Shown piece after piece: positions 60,516 to 64,000 of a DNA stretch of 64,000 nt (within the stretch, counting starts at the first letter, position 1; each line of letters opens with the position of its first letter). The notes below the pieces were generated by a model, which was not told the DNA's origin, ran no database searches, and saw only the letters and a list, made by a program, of their open reading frames with translations. Source of the DNA: an uncultured Actinomycetes bacterium (lineage in GTDB: Bacteria; Actinomycetota; Thermoleophilia; UBA2241); NCBI GenBank assembly GCA_963709345.1, contig CAVPVX010000007.1, positions 1-64,000 of the forward strand, given 5' to 3'. Made by a program: the position numbers and the translations under genes.

Positions 60516-61844
60516 CTACCCGCTCATGCCGGGCAGGCGAAACCCCTTGACCCGGCCGCTCGAGAACATCTTGAGCATCTTCTGCATCTCACGGTACTGC
60601 TTCAGAAGATTGTTGACGTCTTGCACGGTCGTGCCGCTGCCGGCCGAGATGCGGCGCCGGCGGCTCCCGTCGATGATGTCCGGGTGGCGCCGCTCCTGCC
60701 GTGTCATGCTGAAGACCATCGCCTCGATGCGGTCCAGTTGCTTGTCGTCGACCTGTACGTTCTTGAGGTCCTTCATGCCGGGCACGCCGGGGAGCAGCCC
60801 CAGGATGCTTGAGAGCGAGCCCATCTTGCGAACCTGCTTGAGCTGATCGAGGAAGTCCTCGAAGGTGAACTCGGCGCGGCGGAGCTTCGCCTCCATCTCG
60901 GCCGCCTGCTTCTCGTCGAGCGACTCTTCAGCCTTCTCGATCAGGCTGAGGACGTCGCCCATGCCGAGGATGCGGCCCGCCATGCGGTCCGGGTGGAAGA
61001 CGTCGAAGTCGTCGAGCTTCTCCCCCGTGCTGGCGAACTTGACCGGCTTACCGGTGACGGCGCGCACGCTGAGCGCGGCGCCCCCGCGAGCGTCGCCGTC
61101 GAGCTTGGTGAGCACGACCCCGTCGAGGTCGACGTGGCCCTTGAAGGCGTCGGCGGCGTTCACAGCGTCCTGGCCGGTCATGGCGTCGACGACGAGCAGA
61201 ACGTTGTGCGGCTTCACCGCGTCACGGATGTTGACGAGCTCGGCCATGAGCTCCTCGTCGACGTGGAGCCGGCCGGCGGTGTCGACGATGGCGACGTCGC
61301 CGTGCTTGCGCGCGTAGGCGACGCCGTCTCGCGCGATGTCGACCGGGTCGAGGTGGGCGCCGGGCGCGTAGACGGGTACGCCCACACGCTCACCGAGCGT
61401 CTGCAACTGGTCGATGGCCGCCGGGCGGTAGACGTCGGCGGCCACAAGGACCGGCGACTTGCCGTCCTTCTTGAGCAGCTTGGCGAGCTTGGCACAGGTC
61501 GTGGTCTTACCGGAGCCCTGCAGGCCGGCCATCAGGATGACGGTGGGGGGATGGCCGCTGAACGCGAGCCTCGAGTCGCCGCTTCCCATGAGCGCGACGA
61601 GCTCCTCATTCACGATCTTCACGACCTGCTGCGCCGGCGTGAGGCTCTCCATGACCTCGGCGCCGAGCGCGCGCTCCTTGACGTTGCCGACGAACTCGCG
61701 CACCACCTTGAAATTGACGTCGGCCTCCAGCAGCGCCAGCCGGATCTCGCGCATCGCCGCGTCGACGTCCTCGGCGGTGAGCTTGCCGTGGCCTCTCAAG
61801 CTTTGCATGACCCCCTGGAGGCGGTCGGTGAGCGCGTCGAACAT
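60516..61844 (-). CDS. ffh: Signal recognition particle protein
   Basis: ALLEADVN, GLQGSGKTT, DTAGR, TKLDGDARGG and RILGMGD. Confidence 0.97.
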   Translation of the reverse strand: MFDALTDRLQGVMQSLRGHGKLTAEDVDAAMREIRLALLEADVNFKVVREFVGNVKERALGAEVMESLTPAQQVVKIVNEELVALMGSGDSRLAFSGHPPTVILMAGLQGSGKTTTCAKLAKLLKKDGKSPVLVAADVYRPAAIDQLQTLGERVGVPVYAPGAHLDPVDIARDGVAYARKHGDVAIVDTAGRLHVDEELMAELVNIRDAVKPHNVLLVVDAMTGQDAVNAADAFKGHVDLDGVVLTKLDGDARGGAALSVRAVTGKPVKFASTGEKLDDFDVFHPDRMAGRILGMGDVLSLIEKAEESLDEKQAAEMEAKLRRAEFTFEDFLDQLKQVRKMGSLSSILGLLPGVPGMKDLKNVQVDDKQLDRIEAMVFSMTRQERRHPDIIDGSRRRRISAGSGTTVQDVNNLLKQYREMQKMLKMFSSGRVKGFRLPGMSG

Positions 61845-61981
61845 GCGTGATCCTCGGTCGGTGCGCGGAGCGCCAATCGTAGCACGCGCCAGAGGCGTCC
61901 ACCCGCCGGCGGCGCGCAGCGCCTTCCTCGTCCGCACACTATGGCGGTCGTACTTTTGCCATTAAGACTACGACCAGCAGG

Positions 61982-62218
61982 ATGCTGCGCTGCGCATCAC
62001 CAGCAAAGGCCAGGCCACCATGCCGCAGGACATCCGCGAGCGCTACGGGCTGTTGCCGCACACCGAGATGGAGTTCGCCGTCGACAACGGTGTCGTCGTT
62101 CTGCGCAAAGCGGAGGGAGGAAACCGACGGGCGCAAGAATGGGCACGGCGCTGTCGGGGCAGCCTCAGGCCGGGATGAGCACCGACGAGCTCATGCGGCT
62201 CACGCGTGGTGACGATCG
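61982..62218 (+). CDS. AbrB/MazE-type antitoxin (frameshifted as assembled)
   Basis: Joined frames give LRITSKGQATMPQDIRERYGLLPHTEMEFAVD..GMSTDELMRLTRG. Upstream inverted repeat GGTCGTA-N16-TACGACC at 61946-61975. Confidence 0.75.
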
Positions 62219-62410
62219 ATGCCGCCGAGAGTGCTGGTCGACACGAATGTCCTCGTCGACCTCCTCACCGACGATCACGATTGGGCGGATTTGGTCGACG
62301 GACGCCTTCTGCACCCCCAAGCGGCGGTCACCGGCATGCCGCTGCTCACTCGCGACGGCACGCGCTACCGCACCTGGTTCCCCACCGTGAAGCTGATCGC
62401 CCCAGAGGTG
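62219..62410 (+). pseudogene. Internally deleted PIN/VapC toxin
   Basis: The N-terminus VLVDTNVLVDLLTDDHDWAD is joined almost directly to the C-terminus AAVTGMPLLTRDGTRYRTWFPTVKLIAP. The middle of the PIN fold is absent and there is no nearby stop. Confidence 0.6.
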
Positions 62411-62458
62411 CAGACCATCCGGTCGCCACGAAGTGGGCTGGCCGCACACGAACGGCTC

Positions 62459-63223
62459 TCACGACTCGCCTTCACCGACGCTTGCTCGATTGATCACGTT
62501 GGCCAGGTATCCGGCCCCGAAGCCGTTGTCGATATTGACGACGGACACGCCGGGGCTGCAGGAGTTGAGCATCGAGAGCAGCGCGGCCACGCCGCCGAAG
62601 CTCGCGCCGTAGCCGATGCTCGTCGGCACGGCGATCACCGGGGAGGCCACGAGCCCGCCGATGACGCTCGCCAGCGCGCCCTCCATGCCGGCGACGGCGA
62701 CGACGCAGTTGGCCTCGCGCAGCGCCTCCGTGTGGCCGAGCAACCGATGGATCCCGGCGACCCCGACGTCGTAGACACGCTCCACAAGACTCCCCGAGCA
62801 CTCGGCCGTGAGAGCCGCTTCTTCGGCGACAGGGATATCCGACGTACCCGCGGTGCACACGCAGACGAGACCCAGCGGCGTGACCGGTCCGGGGTTCACG
62901 ATCGCCAGACCGACGTCACGATGCATCTCCACCGGCACGCTCCGCTGCAGCTCGTCCAGGACCTCGGGCGAAGCCCGGGTGGCGAGGACGTTGAAGTGAC
63001 CGTGTGCGACCATGCGGCGGCTGATCTCGACGACCTGCGCGGCCGTCTTGCCGGCGCAGAAGACGGCCTCGCCATACCCTCTCCGCAGCTCGCGATGATG
63101 GTCGAGGTGGGCGAAGCCCAGATCCTCATACGGCAGATCGGACAGTCGCGCGACGGCGTCGTCGACCCCGGCGCTCCCGTCGCGGACCTTCTCGAGCAGA
63201 TCGCGCAGATCCCGTTCGTTCAT
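62459..63223 (-). CDS. larB: Nickel-pincer cofactor biosynthesis protein LarB (AIR carboxylase-like)
   Basis: DHHRELRRG, AGTSDIPVAEEA, DVGVAGIHRL, AGMEGAL, PTSIGYG and VNIDNGFGA. Confidence 0.9.
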   Translation of the reverse strand: MNERDLRDLLEKVRDGSAGVDDAVARLSDLPYEDLGFAHLDHHRELRRGYGEAVFCAGKTAAQVVEISRRMVAHGHFNVLATRASPEVLDELQRSVPVEMHRDVGLAIVNPGPVTPLGLVCVCTAGTSDIPVAEEAALTAECSGSLVERVYDVGVAGIHRLLGHTEALREANCVVAVAGMEGALASVIGGLVASPVIAVPTSIGYGASFGGVAALLSMLNSCSPGVSVVNIDNGFGAGYLANVINRASVGEGES

Positions 63224-63253
63224 GGCGCCGTCTCCCCACGTCGATGGACCCGA

Positions 63254-64000
63254 CTACTCCTCCTCGCCATCCCCGCCGAAAATGGCGCGAGCGAAGACGT
63301 CGGGCTCGAACGGCCGCAGATCCTCGAGCCGTTCGCCGATCCCGATGAGCTTGATCGGGATCCCGAGCGTCTCGTGGATGGCGACCACGATGCCACCCTT
63401 GGCCGTGCCGTCGAGTTTCGTCAGCACGACGCCGCTGACGTCCACGACCTGGCCGAACTCCTGCGCCTGGCGCAGGCCGTTCTGACCCGTGGTCGCGTCG
63501 AGCACGAGGAGGGTCTCGTGCGGGGCGCCGGGCAGCTGTTTCTCGATGACCCGGCGCACCTTCTCAAGCTCGCGCATCAGGTTGACCTGGGTGTGCAGCC
63601 GGCCCGCGGTGTCGATGAGCACGACGTCGGCGCCGCGAGAGCGGGCGGCGGCGACCCCGTCGTAGACGACGGCCGCCGGGTCGCCGCCCTCGGCCTGCTT
63701 CACGATCTCGCAGCCGACGCGCTTCGCCCACTCACTCAGCTGCTCCACGGCGGCGGCGCGAAAGGTGTCGCCGGCGACCATGAGCGGTGTCTTCCCCATC
63801 TCCTTGAGCCGCCAGGCGATCTTGCCGATGGTCGTGGTCTTGCCGGTGCCGTTGACGCCGACCATCAGGATCACGGTCGGCTGCTCGGAAACGTCGATGC
63901 GCCGGCGCTCAGGGTCGTCGGGCCTCATGACCTCGGCGACCACGTCCGCCAGTTCGTTCTGGAACGGCTCGCGCGCTTCGATCTTCTTGGCTGTGCAGCG
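63254..64000 (-). CDS. ftsY: SRP receptor FtsY (5' part outside window)
   Basis: GVNGTGKTTT, DTFRAAA, DTAGRLH, TKLDGTAKGG and IGIGE. Confidence 0.96.
   Translation of the reverse strand, partial: RCTAKKIEAREPFQNELADVVAEVMRPDDPERRRIDVSEQPTVILMVGVNGTGKTTTIGKIAWRLKEMGKTPLMVAGDTFRAAAVEQLSEWAKRVGCEIVKQAEGGDPAAVVYDGVAAARSRGADVVLIDTAGRLHTQVNLMRELEKVRRVIEKQLPGAPHETLLVLDATTGQNGLRQAQEFGQVVDVSGVVLTKLDGTAKGGIVVAIHETLGIPIKLIGIGERLEDLRPFEPDVFARAIFGGDGEEE

Overview
High-GC bacterial chromosome window. Actinomycetota, probably Thermoleophilia-like, is inferred from gene order, a short EF-Ts and leaderless-type promoters. Many single-base indels break even essential genes, so most frameshifts are probably long-read assembly errors. 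Four blocks: (1) 1-14.8 kb, a cell-surface block with a Wzx flippase, a repeat-rich secreted protein, an O-antigen-ligase/TPR-like protein and a giant multicopper oxidase. The two big surface proteins end in tandem copies of the same ~105-aa module. (2) 15-27 kb, a two-component system, DsbA+VKOR, a DUF4418-like ABC module, a second multicopper-oxidase paralog that has lost most Cu ligands, and a membrane polyferredoxin. (3) 28-38 kb, an apparently uncharacterised RiPP cluster: two precursor peptides with a shared leader, three radical SAM/SPASM enzymes (one fused to an HprK-like domain), PqqD/RRE, an S24/S26 peptidase-GNAT fusion and an ABC exporter, interleaved with VapBC modules. (4) 38.6-64 kb, core housekeeping genes from ispG to ftsY. 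Five PIN-type toxin-antitoxin pairs are present. No rRNA, tRNA, CRISPR array or IS element was recognised. The best candidates for undescribed biology are the RiPP cluster, the active/degenerate multicopper oxidase pair and the shared C-terminal repeat domain.
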